Translations under genes and position numbers: made by a program
Source: Raillietiella orientalis
Lineage: Eukaryota
Length of the DNA stretch: 64,000 nt
Direction of reading: 5' to 3'
Assembly (NCBI GenBank): GCA_036172245.1
Contig: JAYWIR010000034.1
Location: forward strand, 744,001 to 808,000
Notes under the pieces: generated by a model
What the model saw: only the letters and a program-made list of their open reading frames with translations
The model's database searches: none
Told to the model about the DNA's origin: nothing
Shown: piece by piece, positions 23,331 through 35,100 of the stretch
How positions within the stretch are numbered: position 1 is the stretch's first letter
Layout of the letters: the number at the start of each line of letters is the position of its first letter

Positions 23331-25916
23331 TCACTCCAGCTGCTCCAAGAACGATGGCGCCTTGAAGTACTCGGGGACGGCCTCGTCCAGGCGGGCGATG
23401 ACCTTGTAGATGGACTTCTTCCAGGAGGGCTCCTGATCTTTCCCCGAGGCGATGGCGCTGTAAAACTCCTTGACCGTCTGCTCCATGACAGGGCAGAAGT
23501 GAGGGGGCACCTGCGAGGGAGTGCGTCCGTGAGCCCGCGGATCCGTGAGATCCCCTCCCTACCTCGATGTGGTTGTTGCGGTTGTAGTGCAGGTTGAGGA
23601 CTTTGAAGAGCTCCGAGTCCGCGGTGACGCGCAGGGCCGCCTCCGGCTGCTGCGCGCCCTCCACCACCGCCTGCCGGGCGAACTTCTCGATTTGGATGTA
23701 GTAGAACTCCCTGCGTGGGACGGGGGTGTAAGGGGGTGGGAGAGGAGGGAGAAGTGGACTACTCACCGGAAGTTGGAGAACCATTTGACCAGCTGGGCCG
23801 TGTTGTTCTTGTTGAAGCGGACGTCCGGGAAGTAGGTCTTAAGCACGGAGGAGCTGGGGTAGCGCGTCCAGAAGAACATCAACTTGGCTTTGCGCAGGTG
23901 CATGGGGGTCAGCGTCATGGACGCCTGGGGGCCCCCGTCGTAGGCCGATACCTCTACTCCAGGAGGTGGGTCCGCGTCCGGTTCGCTCTTGAGCCCGGCG
24001 AAGAAGCCGTCGGGGGACTTGCCAGGGGGGCGATGCATCCCGTGGAAGGCCGCGGCGGCGGCGCCGATCCCGTCATCACCCTGGTGAGAGCGGCCCGGGC
24101 GGAAGGCCGGGTAGCGGACAAACAGCTCCGACTGGTGCAGGCTGGGGTTCGGGATGGCGACGCTGGTGGGGAGGGGTCCCGGAAGCAGTCCCGGGGGAGG
24201 GTAGCGGGGCCGGGAGCATTCCTGGTAAGCGGAAGGAGGGGCGACAGGAGAAGCGGCGGCAGGAGAGGGTCCGTGGCAGCTGCGCGAGGGCGCCGCCGCC
24301 GCGGAGGGTCGGCCCGCGACCAGGCAGCTGTGGTAGTCTGCCACCGGGACTGCGTCGCCGCCCCCGTCCGAGAGCCTCCCGCCGCCCAGCCTCTGGACCA
24401 TCCGCGCGTCCGTGACCTTCGCTCGCTTCCTCCGCGGGCTCATCACCAGGCTGAGGGCCTCCCGTTGCTCCGCGTCTGATTCAATTTCTAGACTGGAAGC
24501 GTCCTGGCTGTTGGCGGAGTCGAAGGCGGCATCCCAGCAGTACTTGGCGCTTGACACCGGTGGGGAGTTCGCCGGGACGACGATGCGCCCCCCCTCCGGA
24601 GGAGACGTCCTGCGGATCCGGAAGCCGTTGACTGGGAACCTCTGCAGGGATTGCCTCTCCTCTCCCCGGGCGGCGCCGGGATGGCCGTCCCTGCCGCGGG
24701 CCAGGTAGCGCCCGACGACGGCGTCCACGAGCGACGACAGGGACGCGGCAATCTCCCTCTTCAACGCATCGGCCAGGTCGTCGGCGACCGCGCCCAGGTC
24801 CCTTCGGAAGGCGTCCTCCTCTCGGCGCTTGACATCCGCAGGGGGCATCGGCAGAGACGGCGCTCGCTGCTGCTGCGCCATGATGCGCTGGGCCAGGTTC
24901 AAGAACTGCCGTTCGGTGAGGGCCCCGTGACCATTGCGGGGCACCGAGAAGGGCGGCGTCAGAACGACGCCCCTGTCCTGAGACAGCGGCGTTTTCCGTC
25001 GGGAGAGGTGCTGCTGCTGCTGCTGCTGCTGCCGCCGCCGGTTCAGCCGCCGCCTCTGCCGCCGCTCCTCTTCCTCTTCGCGTTCTTCTTCTTCATCCAC
25101 GTCTTCCTCGTCCTCGTCGCCTTCCTCTTCCCCCGCTTCCTCCCTCTCTTCGTCTTCAACGGGGTCTTCCTCCTCCTCGTCCGCTTGGTCTTCCTCTTCC
25201 TCCAGTTCCTCCTCCTCGTCGTCCATGGCGTCCTCATCCTGGCGCCAGGACTGCCTGGGTAGAAGTCGCCGCTTCCGGCGCCTCTGCTGCTGCTGCTGCT
25301 GTCTCGCGGAGCACATCTCGTCGTACCTCCTCCGCATTTCAAACAACTTTTCTTCCATCATCTTCAGCTGGGATTTGAATTCTCCCTCGTCTAGACGGTG
25401 GACCGGGGGCCGGCGGGCGCCCATGTCGTGCTGGACCGGGAGGTAATGCTTCCTCTTCTTGCAGCCTCCCACGCCCGCTGCCGCCGAGCACATGCTGCTG
25501 ACGATTCCCTCCACGCGCAGCTTCTTGCAGACTTCTTCTTCCGCGCGCGGGGGTTTCTGCAGTTGCTGTTGCTGCTGTGTAGGAGGGAAAGGAGGAGGAG
25601 GAGGAGGAGGAGGGGTGGAAGAGGAAGGAGGGGGCGGAGGGGAAGGAGGAGGTCGCTCTTCGCCTGCGGCGCCTTCTTCCTTGGTTTCTTGCGCCGCCGC
25701 TGCTGCCTCGGCCGCGGACCCTACCTGCGCCCTCTCTTCCACAGCCGTCGCTTCCTCTTTCTTCGCGGGCGCAGGGGATGGGCCACATTGCTCCTCCTCT
25801 TCCTCCTTCTGGACGACCACTGGAGGGAACTTTTTCTTCTCCAGCATCTCCCGGAGGAAGTCGCCGCCGCCTCCCTTCTCGAGTGCGGGCGGTGGCACCT
25901 CACATGCCGTCGCCAT
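23331..25916 (-). CDS. pros: Prospero/Prox homeobox transcription factor, copy A (~825 aa)
   Basis: Exons 25916-23767, 23710-23563, 23510-23331 (GT-AG introns of 56 and 52 nt). Homeo-Prospero domain [100 protein letters not shown]-terminal motifs [39 protein letters not shown]. Start Met inferred; an upstream exon is possible. Confidence 0.96.
25007..25660 (-). repeat. Coding trinucleotide/low-complexity tracts in prospero A (poly-Q, poly-E/D, poly-P)
   Basis: (CTG)n and (GGA)n/(TCC)n runs on + translate to [19 protein letters not shown]... and PPPPPPP. Confidence 0.85.
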
Positions 25917-26145
25917 GGGGGAACGGAGAATGGGGACCGACGGGAAAACCGGGTGGTGCTGGTGGCGGCGGCAGAGGTTGCTGCTCCTGTTGCTCCTCGC
26001 GGGAACCAGGTGGCGCGTGCGCTCGCGGGAGCTCTCCGGACGGCAGACGCGAACCCACCACCACGCGCGCGCAGACTGCCTCCGCGCCCGCTCCTCTCCG
26101 CGATTCATAGCTCGCGGACGGACGCGCCCGGCAACGCCCCGACGG

Positions 26146-26179
26146 GTGACGTCACGCGTCGTCCCGGCCGTCTTATTGG
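26146..26179 (-). promoter_or_regulatory. Putative proximal promoter of prospero A: CCAAT box plus palindromic CRE
   Basis: CCAATAA (26179-26173) followed by CGTGACGTCAC (26156-26146), ~230 nt upstream of the inferred ATG; same arrangement upstream of copy B. Confidence 0.55.
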
Positions 26180-29100
26180 CCGCGAGGGGGTGGGGACGGT
26201 GCCGCCGAGGAGAGGAGGACAAAAGAACGGGGCGCGTGAGCTCGTGCGATCGCGCGCGCGCGCGTCGTCCTCCGTCTCCCGGAGCCTCCCGTGAGCCGCC
26301 GCCTTCCCTCACGAGCAATTTTCCCGCTTCCCGAGGCATGTCCGGGAAAAGCATCTGCCTCTCCCGCGGATGCTGGAGCGCGCTTCCTGGGATCGCGTGA
26401 CGGGGCGACGGCGGCGCGTCTCCGCGGATGCTGGGGCGACGGCGGCGGATGTGCCCTTCTTCCCACCCACCCCTTCCTCGCTCGCTCTCCCCCTCGCGAG
26501 GGGGAGGACCGGAAGTCCGCGCAGGAGGCGGCGACGGCGCTCCCCGTCCCCGCTGCCGCCTCCGCAGCGAGCGGCAAAGGCGAGGGGCTCCGGGGGGTGA
26601 CCCCTCGTCGGCTTCCGGCACGCTCCCTTCCACCGCCTTCGGAACACGGGGCCCCGGAGGCGGCGACGCTCTGGCCGTCGCTCCTTTTTTTCCGGTGGCA
26701 CCGTCTCCCGCTACCGTTCCCGGATGCTGAGGTGCGGTCCCGGCGCCTTTGGAGGCTTCCCTGCCTCCTCCCTCTTTCCTTCTGAGGCAACCCCGGACTC
26801 CGTGCGCGCGCGATCCCTCAACCGCATTCCTGAAGGATGGGGAGGAAGAGGGGAAGGGGGAGCACGTCCTCCTCCAGGATTGGAGTCTCCTCACGCGAGG
26901 GCGTGGGATGAGGGGGGGGGGAGGCACCAACTCATCTCCTCTCCCCTCCCGAGGTTACAGGAATTTCCCCCTCGACGCCCCGGGAATGCGAGGAGAGGAG
27001 CGCGCGCACGTCCCCGGGCGGTGCCTTGAGACGTCCTCCAGAGGAGGGGCGGTGTGTCTCCCTGGGCGGCTGAACAATGGGCAGCGAGGGCAACCCTTTG
27101 GACCCCGACCTCTTTGTTTTCGCGCGCCGCTGTCAGGACGCACCTGGCCAGACGTCTTGAGGAGGGCGGCGACGGCCTCCGCGGGTGACCTTGCGGAATG
27201 ACGCCCGAGGACGAGAGGGGAGGAGGAGGAAGAGGAGAAGGAGGGAGGGGTGGGTTCGGCTGGGGGAAGAAGGAAGAGGAGGAAGCGAAAAAGAGGCGGT
27301 GGAAGGGAAGGGGGGGGAGGGATTGGCTGGGGGAAGAAGGAAGAGGAGGAGGAAGGGAAGAGGAGGCAGGAGGCGCTCGTGTGTCCGAGGACTCTTGGGA
27401 AATGGGGCGGCGGGGTGTGGAGAGAGCCTGAAAGAATGAAGTGAGGAGGGAGGGGGTGACTCGTCATGGTGGGGGTGGGGGGAAGGGTCCCGCTGGTTCC
27501 GCTCTTTCACAACTCGCCGCAGCCTGCAGACCTCCGGCGCGGAACGTCTTCCTCAAACACCGCCGCCAGCTGTGGCCTCGGGGCGCGTGCGCGGCGATCG
27601 ATGAGGCACCGAACGGTCGGACGCACTTCGATCAAGCGGCGGACGGACGCGCGCGCGCTTCGAGGGTGAGGGGCGGGCGGGAAAGAGGAGGAGGAGGAGG
27701 GAGGAGGCTTCCTGCCACCTGCCTCTCGGATCTCCCGCTCTAGCATCCGGGAAACTAGAGGAAGGCTGCAAGGATGTTCCTGCGGTCCTCTCATCCTGGG
27801 GGAAGCCTGTCGGCCAGCCGTGAGGCGACTCCCTTCGTCAGTGAGCTGCCCTCTCAGGGGCACCGAACAGCGTGCAGCCTTTCTCGCTTTTCGGAAGAGG
27901 GTGAAAAAGGGGGGAGGGGAGAGTAGAGGGATCTCTGCGGCTTCATTTTTACTTCCTGAGAAGTCGCAAGGACAAGGCGACAGAAGGGGAATCCCGTGGA
28001 TTTTCATCCGCTCCTCCCCGTTTCGTCGCTACGGCGTAGGATTGGGAGTGGCCGGATCTCCAGTGCCCGCCGTGGAGAGACAGTCGCTCCCAGGATGTAA
28101 GGTTCTCTCCCTTCCCGGAGACGTCTGGGAACTTCCCTCAAGACGCGACCTTTTCGAGATCAGAGACAAGATCAGACCCGGGAGCTCCCCATCGGAAGGA
28201 GGGGTGTTCTGCCGACTCTCCCCTTCCTCCCTCCCTCCCGTTTGCTCCTCGACCCGGCCACACACGCAAGAACTCAAGGAGGGAATCGGAACTTCCGGAA
28301 GACATCGTCGGAAGGGTCAGGGAAGCCGCGGAAGTCGGGCCGGCTCCTCTGCCCCCCGTCTCTTTCCCTGCGGCTCCCAGCTTGCGCGCTCCTGGTGCTC
28401 CCGAGTCAGGGGGGGAAGGAAGGGGTTCCGGGGAGCTGGCGAAGCGCGCAGGGGCATGCACTTTTCTTCCCTCCACTCCTTTTTTGGGAGCGGAGGGGGA
28501 GGGGGATGCGCTCTTCCTGGGCTTGATCGATAGAAGGGGGCCGCGAGTGCGCGCGGGAGTTCTCAGCCGCAGGGCCTTCCTTGAGCAGCGCCGTGTGAGT
28601 CACGCGTCGGCACGCACCCGCACCTCCCCGCTGCCGTTAATCTCTCGGGGAGTATGCATACGCGGCGAGTCCGGGGGGGAAGGGGGGGCGCTTCCCCAGC
28701 TTCTTCCTGCGTCGCATGTCTCGCACGCTGCCACGTTTCCGCCTGGCAGGGGAAGGTCGGCCGGCCCCACGGCCGAGGCACCTCTGTCCCCCCCTTCCCT
28801 CTTTTCTTTCTTCCTGTCTTTCCCGATGCCTCTCTTGCGCCTCTCTCTCGCGCGGCAGTTTCCACGGTGACGGCTGCTGCGAAAGCGTCGGGAACGAAGC
28901 GCACGCGAGCGCCACCTTCTGCGGCCTCCGCGCCCGTGGGAAAGGCCTTCCACGCGGAGTATCCCTCTCCAAGGTCCGCGCTCTGGGAAGCGTGCGGCGA
29001 TGACGACAGGATCCGCGGAACGTTCCCGAAGCAGTTGTTGCGTCCCGCTCCTTTTGTCTCCCGGCGGAGGGATCGGCGGCTCCAGAGGAGAACATCTGAC

Positions 29101-32100
29101 ATCGCAGGTACATCGTCAGGCGGGCACGGCTCCCCGTCGGGCGGAACGGGGGGAATGTGGGTGGAGATCATCTTCGGCGGCGAGGTATGACGCCCGCCCT
29201 ATCGGCACCACGGGGGGAAGGCACGCGATCTTCTCCGGGATCCGGGGGCCGCGCTCCGGATCCCAGAATTTCTCCCCTGGGTGCATCTCAGGCCGGGTTT
29301 GAAAGCCGCCGTCGCCTGGATCACCAGCGTGCTCTTGACAAGATGGACGCGTGGCTGATGAGGAAGGGGGGTGCCATGGGAACAGGGTGAGCGAGCGACG
29401 TACGGGAAGGACCCCTTTTTTTTTCCTCCTTGAGGAAGGTTCTTGGCGGCGTGCATCCCTTCCGATGCTTCGAGAGAGTCGAGTGTCGGGTCCGGCTTGC
29501 GCTGTTCTGAAGGAAGCGGGTAAAGATGTAGGAGACGTTCCCCTGGAAACCAAAACGGATGGGGGAGGGGAAGTTCGCGACCGATCGCAACGCGCGGCAT
29601 TATTGGGACATTACTGTCGTCATTGTGATCGCAGAGTCCTTTGGCCGCCTGACGGGAGGCTGCTCCAGGAGATGCGTTTACTTCAAGCTGTTGCCCTGGC
29701 TACCAGGCTCCGTTGTGCCGCCGAATGCTTGAGACTTCGCCCGTTGCCACGGTTGCGCGCCACGGCTGCAAGCTCACGGGACTCTCCCCATCAGGGAGAA
29801 GCAGCTGGAAAAAAAGGAAAAAAAGCGAGCGCAGTTTTGCACTCAGATAAGCGTCTCCTTGACTACCGGATGCGAATCGCGTGAACTATGGTAGCGCGCG
29901 CGCGAGGGATCACTTGAGCGAGAGCGGGCTTGGGGGGAAAAGGGGTTCTTGGGGGAAAGCCAGAGCGCTCCCTCCGTTGTTCCAAACAGTGGGAAGCGTG
30001 GCGATTATCCTTGCCTTGCTCTGCAAGAAAGAGCGGCATGCAAGAGGGGGGGAAGGGGAGAGGAGGAAATGAGGGGAAGAAGAAGGGAACGGGATCCACT
30101 CTGCCTGCCCTCCGATTGGCAGAGAGACTCACCGGTCGGCTGCTGCCGCCGTCTCGCATCACGACAGCCACCTGAAACTCTGGACCGGGAACCCGGGATG
30201 CAGTAGGGAGAAAGAAATGAGGAGCGAAGGCGAAGCTTCGCGGGGTGACCGCGACCTCCTCCCTTCCAACCCTTCCTCTTCCTCCTCCCCCACTCCACTC
30301 TCTCCCTCGCTCGGAAGGAAAGAAAAAAACAAGAAAAATAAGCAGGAAGATTCTCCTACTCTCCCCTGAAACGGAACCGCTTTCCGCTCGTGTCCCTCAC
30401 GCCGCTCCTGAATGGGGTTCTGGGATCTCCCCTTCCTTCCTTCACGTGCACACCGCCTCTCGGGCTCCACCCCCAGCATGACGCTCTCCGCAGGGAGGCA
30501 GGGGCTCCGCGGCCGATCTGACAGGACCCAAGCACCACCGCGACTCCCGAGGAGGGAGCGCCACTCCTTCAACCGTGCTCCGGGCGAGGACAAGGACGAC
30601 AGATCTTCCACTCGTTCTGGAGAACCCGGGAATATACCGGCGGGACGGGAGAGGCCTTCCTCCTCCCGATCCCCTCTTCGCTCCCTGCAGGTCGCGGAAC
30701 GCAGATCTCGCTACACGTCACGAATGCTCCAGGGAGAGGGTCCGTCTGGGTGGATCCCAAGGTATGCGTGAAGCAAGAGCAGAAGTCCCAATATGCTGGT
30801 TCCTCTTGGAGCTCCCGGCCCCCTTCTGGAAGCCGTAATTACGGGAGAAGGGAAGGCTCGGAGGAAGGTCCCGTGAAAACAACTTGCTTGTTATCACCAG
30901 GGCAAAAGTTTCGGAAGGACTCAGGGGAGGACTGAAGACAGGAGTGGCCCAGCTTCCTTGCTCTCCCACCTACAGGCCGGCAGCAGCGTTCGTCGGACCA
31001 GCAATCGCATCCCGGAACCTCTCATAGACTCCTCTTCCTCCTCCTCGATTTCAAGGTGTTCCAAGGGAAAGAAGAAGCCTGGGAAGAAGGACGAAGTGAA
31101 GGTCGTGTCCAGACGAGATCGCATCCCGGATTGGGACTTAGGAAGCCAGGGAAACGAGGGAACTTGCTAGGAATGGGGGAACGGCAGTAGGGGTAGAGTG
31201 TGGGAAGGGTGCGCGCTGCTACTTACTCGGGGGCAAACGCACCTCCTCCCCCCACTTCCTGACGAAAGAATGGGATGAGGTGCGTTCATTGGGCTCGGGG
31301 CAGCTTCCCCGCGTCCTCTGGATTGACTGCCTCTCCTACCCCCCCCATCTCAGTCTGTGGGAGCCAGGTTAATTTCCTTTCCTGCTCTCGCCCACCCCTT
31401 CCTCCTGGCCCTTTCCCCCTCGCCTACAGGACTCTCCTTGGGTCGGAAATCGTAAAGGAAGCGAACGGGGGGGGGAAGCAAGTGAGACCCCTTGCTCCGG
31501 GTGAAGCTGCTAATTCTGCATGCTTCCAGGCAGGTGGCAGCAGGAGAGACGAGCTGCGGGGGCTCGGCGCTCGGAATGCCGTGGGCTCATGCGGTCAGAG
31601 GAAACCTTCGGAAGGAGACGGACTGGAGGGAGAGGAAGGGGGGAGGAGTCGGAATTCTCACGGCGACAGCGCCGCGGATGGAAGCGAGGGTCTCCATCCC
31701 CACCGCAGTCCTGACGCGGCCCAACGCGTTGACACGGAAGGTGCATCGTTTCGGCGTACCTGACGGAATGGAGAGGGGGTCCACTCGTTTCCATGGCTTA
31801 TCACCAGGAAAACCGGCGGAGTTCAGCCCGCTCGCTGCCCACGAGCTCTCCTGGATGACTTCACGAGCACTTTCTGGATCCGCGCTCTGTTCCACCACCT
31901 ACGGAAGGCAAAAGGGGAGAGGGTCCCATAGTCGTTGTAGCCACTCGAGTAGGCGTGCAGTATCCCGTAGGCCCCTCGAAGGCCGGGAGTCGGTCGCTCC
32001 CGGGCTCCTCTAAAACACGTATAGGTGTACACACACACGCGTACGCGTGCAGCCCTGACTATCGTGGAGCGCTCTTCTCGTACGCCCTCGACGGCGCTTC

Positions 32101-35100
32101 CGACCATTGCCAGGGGAGCTGTCGGCTTACTGGCATCGTTACTGGTCGCATGGCAAGCGAATGGTTACCGCTTGCTGGAGGCGGAAGCGTCGCGTCCGTT
32201 GGCCGGGTGACTTCTGGCTAAATCGCTTCACGGAGGTTTCCTAGGGAACGTACTTCCCAGGCAAAAGCGAGCCAGAGTAGGCGCACCCAACCAGTAAGGG
32301 GAGTGAGGAATGGAGGACACAAAGGGGTGAATGGGTTCCTCCCTACAGGGAGAGCAGCAGTAGCCTTTCCGTTCCTCTTCGCCGTCCGCCGGCGGACCGA
32401 GCGTTTCTCCAGCCCTCTTCCCTCTTCCACCCCCGCTTTCCTTGCGGGCATTCCTCCCTCGGGAAGGTGCGTCCGAGTCGCTCCGGGTAGGATCCGAGAT
32501 GGATTTCCCGGTGACCAGGGGAAGCAAGAAGGAGGGACAGCCTTCTTGGGAGGGCCACACGTGCTCCTCGTGACCCGGCGCAAGGGAGCTCTGCCCTTCA
32601 GCTGCAGGGCGTGAGATGAGCGCCGGGGCTCCTCCTCGCTATCGCGCTCCTCTTTCGAGGTCTCCCCTTTCCCAGAACGCGCGCCGCGGAAGGAAGGGAA
32701 AGGAGGGAGGAAGGAGGGGGAACCAAGGAGAGCGGGCGCAGGAAGGTCCCTCTGAAGCTCACCTGGACCGCCTCCGCGCTTCCCCCGTCTCGAGAGCGTG
32801 ACTCGGGTAGACAGTCGGGTTCGGAGCTACGCCCCTCCCCTTCCGGAGGACTCACTCGCGGAGCTGCTCGAAGATTCCCGGAGGAGCTGGGAATCACTAC
32901 GTCCCTCCGGGAAGACGAGCAGATCCCTTCCCGGGCAACCGAAGTGCCCGAAAACCCTGCGGAAGTCCCCATTCGCTGGGAAACTGCCCTCCCCCCCTCT
33001 CTATCGTTGGGAGACTGCAGGATGTCTTTTTTCCGTGCAGGCAAGAGGGGGAGGGGCATCCCGAGTGCACACCGAGAGCAGGCGGTGCGGGGAAGGTGGG
33101 GTGCACACAGAAGGGTTCTCCTGCGGGAGATCTGAGGGGTGATCTCGGCGGTGGGGCAAGAGATTGGGAGTTCGTCCCGCATCTTCCCCTGCTGGGAGAG
33201 GGGCGGGAAAAGGAATCGCCTACGAAGGCGTTTTGCAGGTCCCTCCCCCCCCCTCGTCCTCGGTAACTCGTGCTCCTCCTCACCGCTCACCCCCCTGGGA
33301 CTCGCCGGTCCCCCACTCGGGCACGGAAGCGGGAGAATAAGGCTAGCGAGTTCCCACGGCACCGGCAGGGGTCGTGGAGCTCGTCCGAGAGGACTGGAAG
33401 ACATGGACGGGGCGGGCCGCCTTTTCCCTGCCTTCCTGAGGGCGGGGGTGGTGGAAGAGGAACGCGCGCCCTCCCCCGAAGCTCCCGGAATCCGAGAGAC
33501 CGAAGGCGCTTCCGGCCGCCATTGTCTTCCCGCGCGTTCCCTCCCCCTCCCCCCTTCCTCCGCGAATACTGCTCGCCGTCCTCGGCGGCGGCGGAGGGGC
33601 GCTGGACCACACGGAGACGATCACAAAAACGCGCCAACCCCTTTTCTGGGAGGAGGAGGGAGGGAGGGGTGGAATCATGAAAAGGGGAGCTCCATCTTCC
33701 CTCACCTGGGAAGGCGCTCTCCGCGCGGGTCCGGCAGCTGCGCGCCGCTTCCCTCTCCGCATTGTCCGCGTCTTCCCGCTGCCGCTTCCGGCGGCAGCTT
33801 CCCGGCAGCAGCGGCAGCAGGAGAGGCCACCGCCGCCGCCTGGGAGGAAGAAGAAGGGGAGGGGCTCCCGCCGGGAACGCGTGCACGCGCTCGAGGGCGG
33901 CAGGGTCGTCGCAAGGAAACAAAAAGGAAGGGGGGAGGGGAAGGCGCGATTTGGCAGACGCCCGGGGCTCTTCCAAGTGGCTGCCGCCGCTACCCTTCCC
34001 TTCCTCCTCCCTCCCCCCTTCCTTCGCTCTCTTTTCCCTCTTCTCGAGCGCGCGTTCCCGCGCCGCCGCACACTTGCGCTCGTGCGCGGGCGCGCGCGCG
34101 ACGCGAGGAGTGGGGAGCGGAGGAGGGGGAGGGGTAGAGGAACCCACCGATCCCATTATCCGTGGCGCTCCTTCGATCTGCTCCGGAAAAAGCCCTCCGG
34201 GCGACAATGAGATGGGAGCGCCTTTCTCCGGACAACAATAAGATAATCACCAGACGATCTGATCAGCATCTGTGCGTCTGCAGCCATCTGCTAATCCCAG
34301 TGATGGAGGAGCTGCCCCGCCGCCTATTCTCGGCGCCCCGCTCTTCCCCCCGCAGTTGATTTAATGCAGCTTTTCATCCCGGCGCGATCCTTTTTTTTTT
34401 TTTTTTCCTCTTTCCTTTATTCGGGACGCAAGGAGGGAGAGGCGGGCGAGGTCTTGCCCGCTCCCGGCGCCGCGCTTCCCGGAGCCTTTCTTTGCGCGCA
34501 CGGTTCCCTTGAGCGCTTTGCATGTGAAAGCGGGGAGCGTGCGGGGCGCGCGTGCAGATGCCGCCGAGGTCCAGGGATGGGGATGCGGGGAGGCGGCGGC
34601 TCCTTCCTTTGAGAGTGGCAGCTCTCTGCGACGGCAGGAAACCGCCGCAGTCCTCCGGTGAACGCGCGCGCTGCCTTCCCGGGGACGCGGTATAGGGCAG
34701 GTAGGCGACAGATGTCCTGTGCCCCCCCCCTCCTTCCATGTCCGCTCGGCCCTTCCCGGAAAGGCAGGGGGAGGGGGGGGGAGCCTAGGAGAGAGGGAAG
34801 CCTAGGCATCTGGAGAGTCGGAGGCGCATCCCCCCCCTTCAGCGTCCCGTGAAGCCGGGACGGTCCCGCCGCCGTCTTCAGGAGATCTTCCGACCGGAAG
34901 CACCCGCGCTTTCCCGGAAGGCTCTCCGCATCCTTCAAGGAGCGCTAGCCCCGAGGGCACGCGAGCGTGTTTACCGCGGAGGAGGTCGGGTTACGGGGTT
35001 TATGGCTGCCGGCAGATGGGCATTTGTTTACCCTTGCCGTGATCGCGGCGTTGCTTCGCAACGGCGGCTCTCCGAAGAGGATGGGTCATTCCCCGCTGCG

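Noticed and set aside
23925..23951. GTATCGG...CCCCAG segment at the U12-equivalent position in pros A as a converted intron
   Set aside because: Only 27 nt, in frame, and encodes the conserved-looking VSAYDGGPQ; best read as exon.
25917..26930. 338-aa N-terminal extension of the 1055-aa pros A ORF (and the 103-aa extension of pros B, 55821-56129)
   Set aside because: Low-complexity, non-ATG start in the track, no Prospero motifs; the pros A extension runs through the CCAAT/CRE promoter module.
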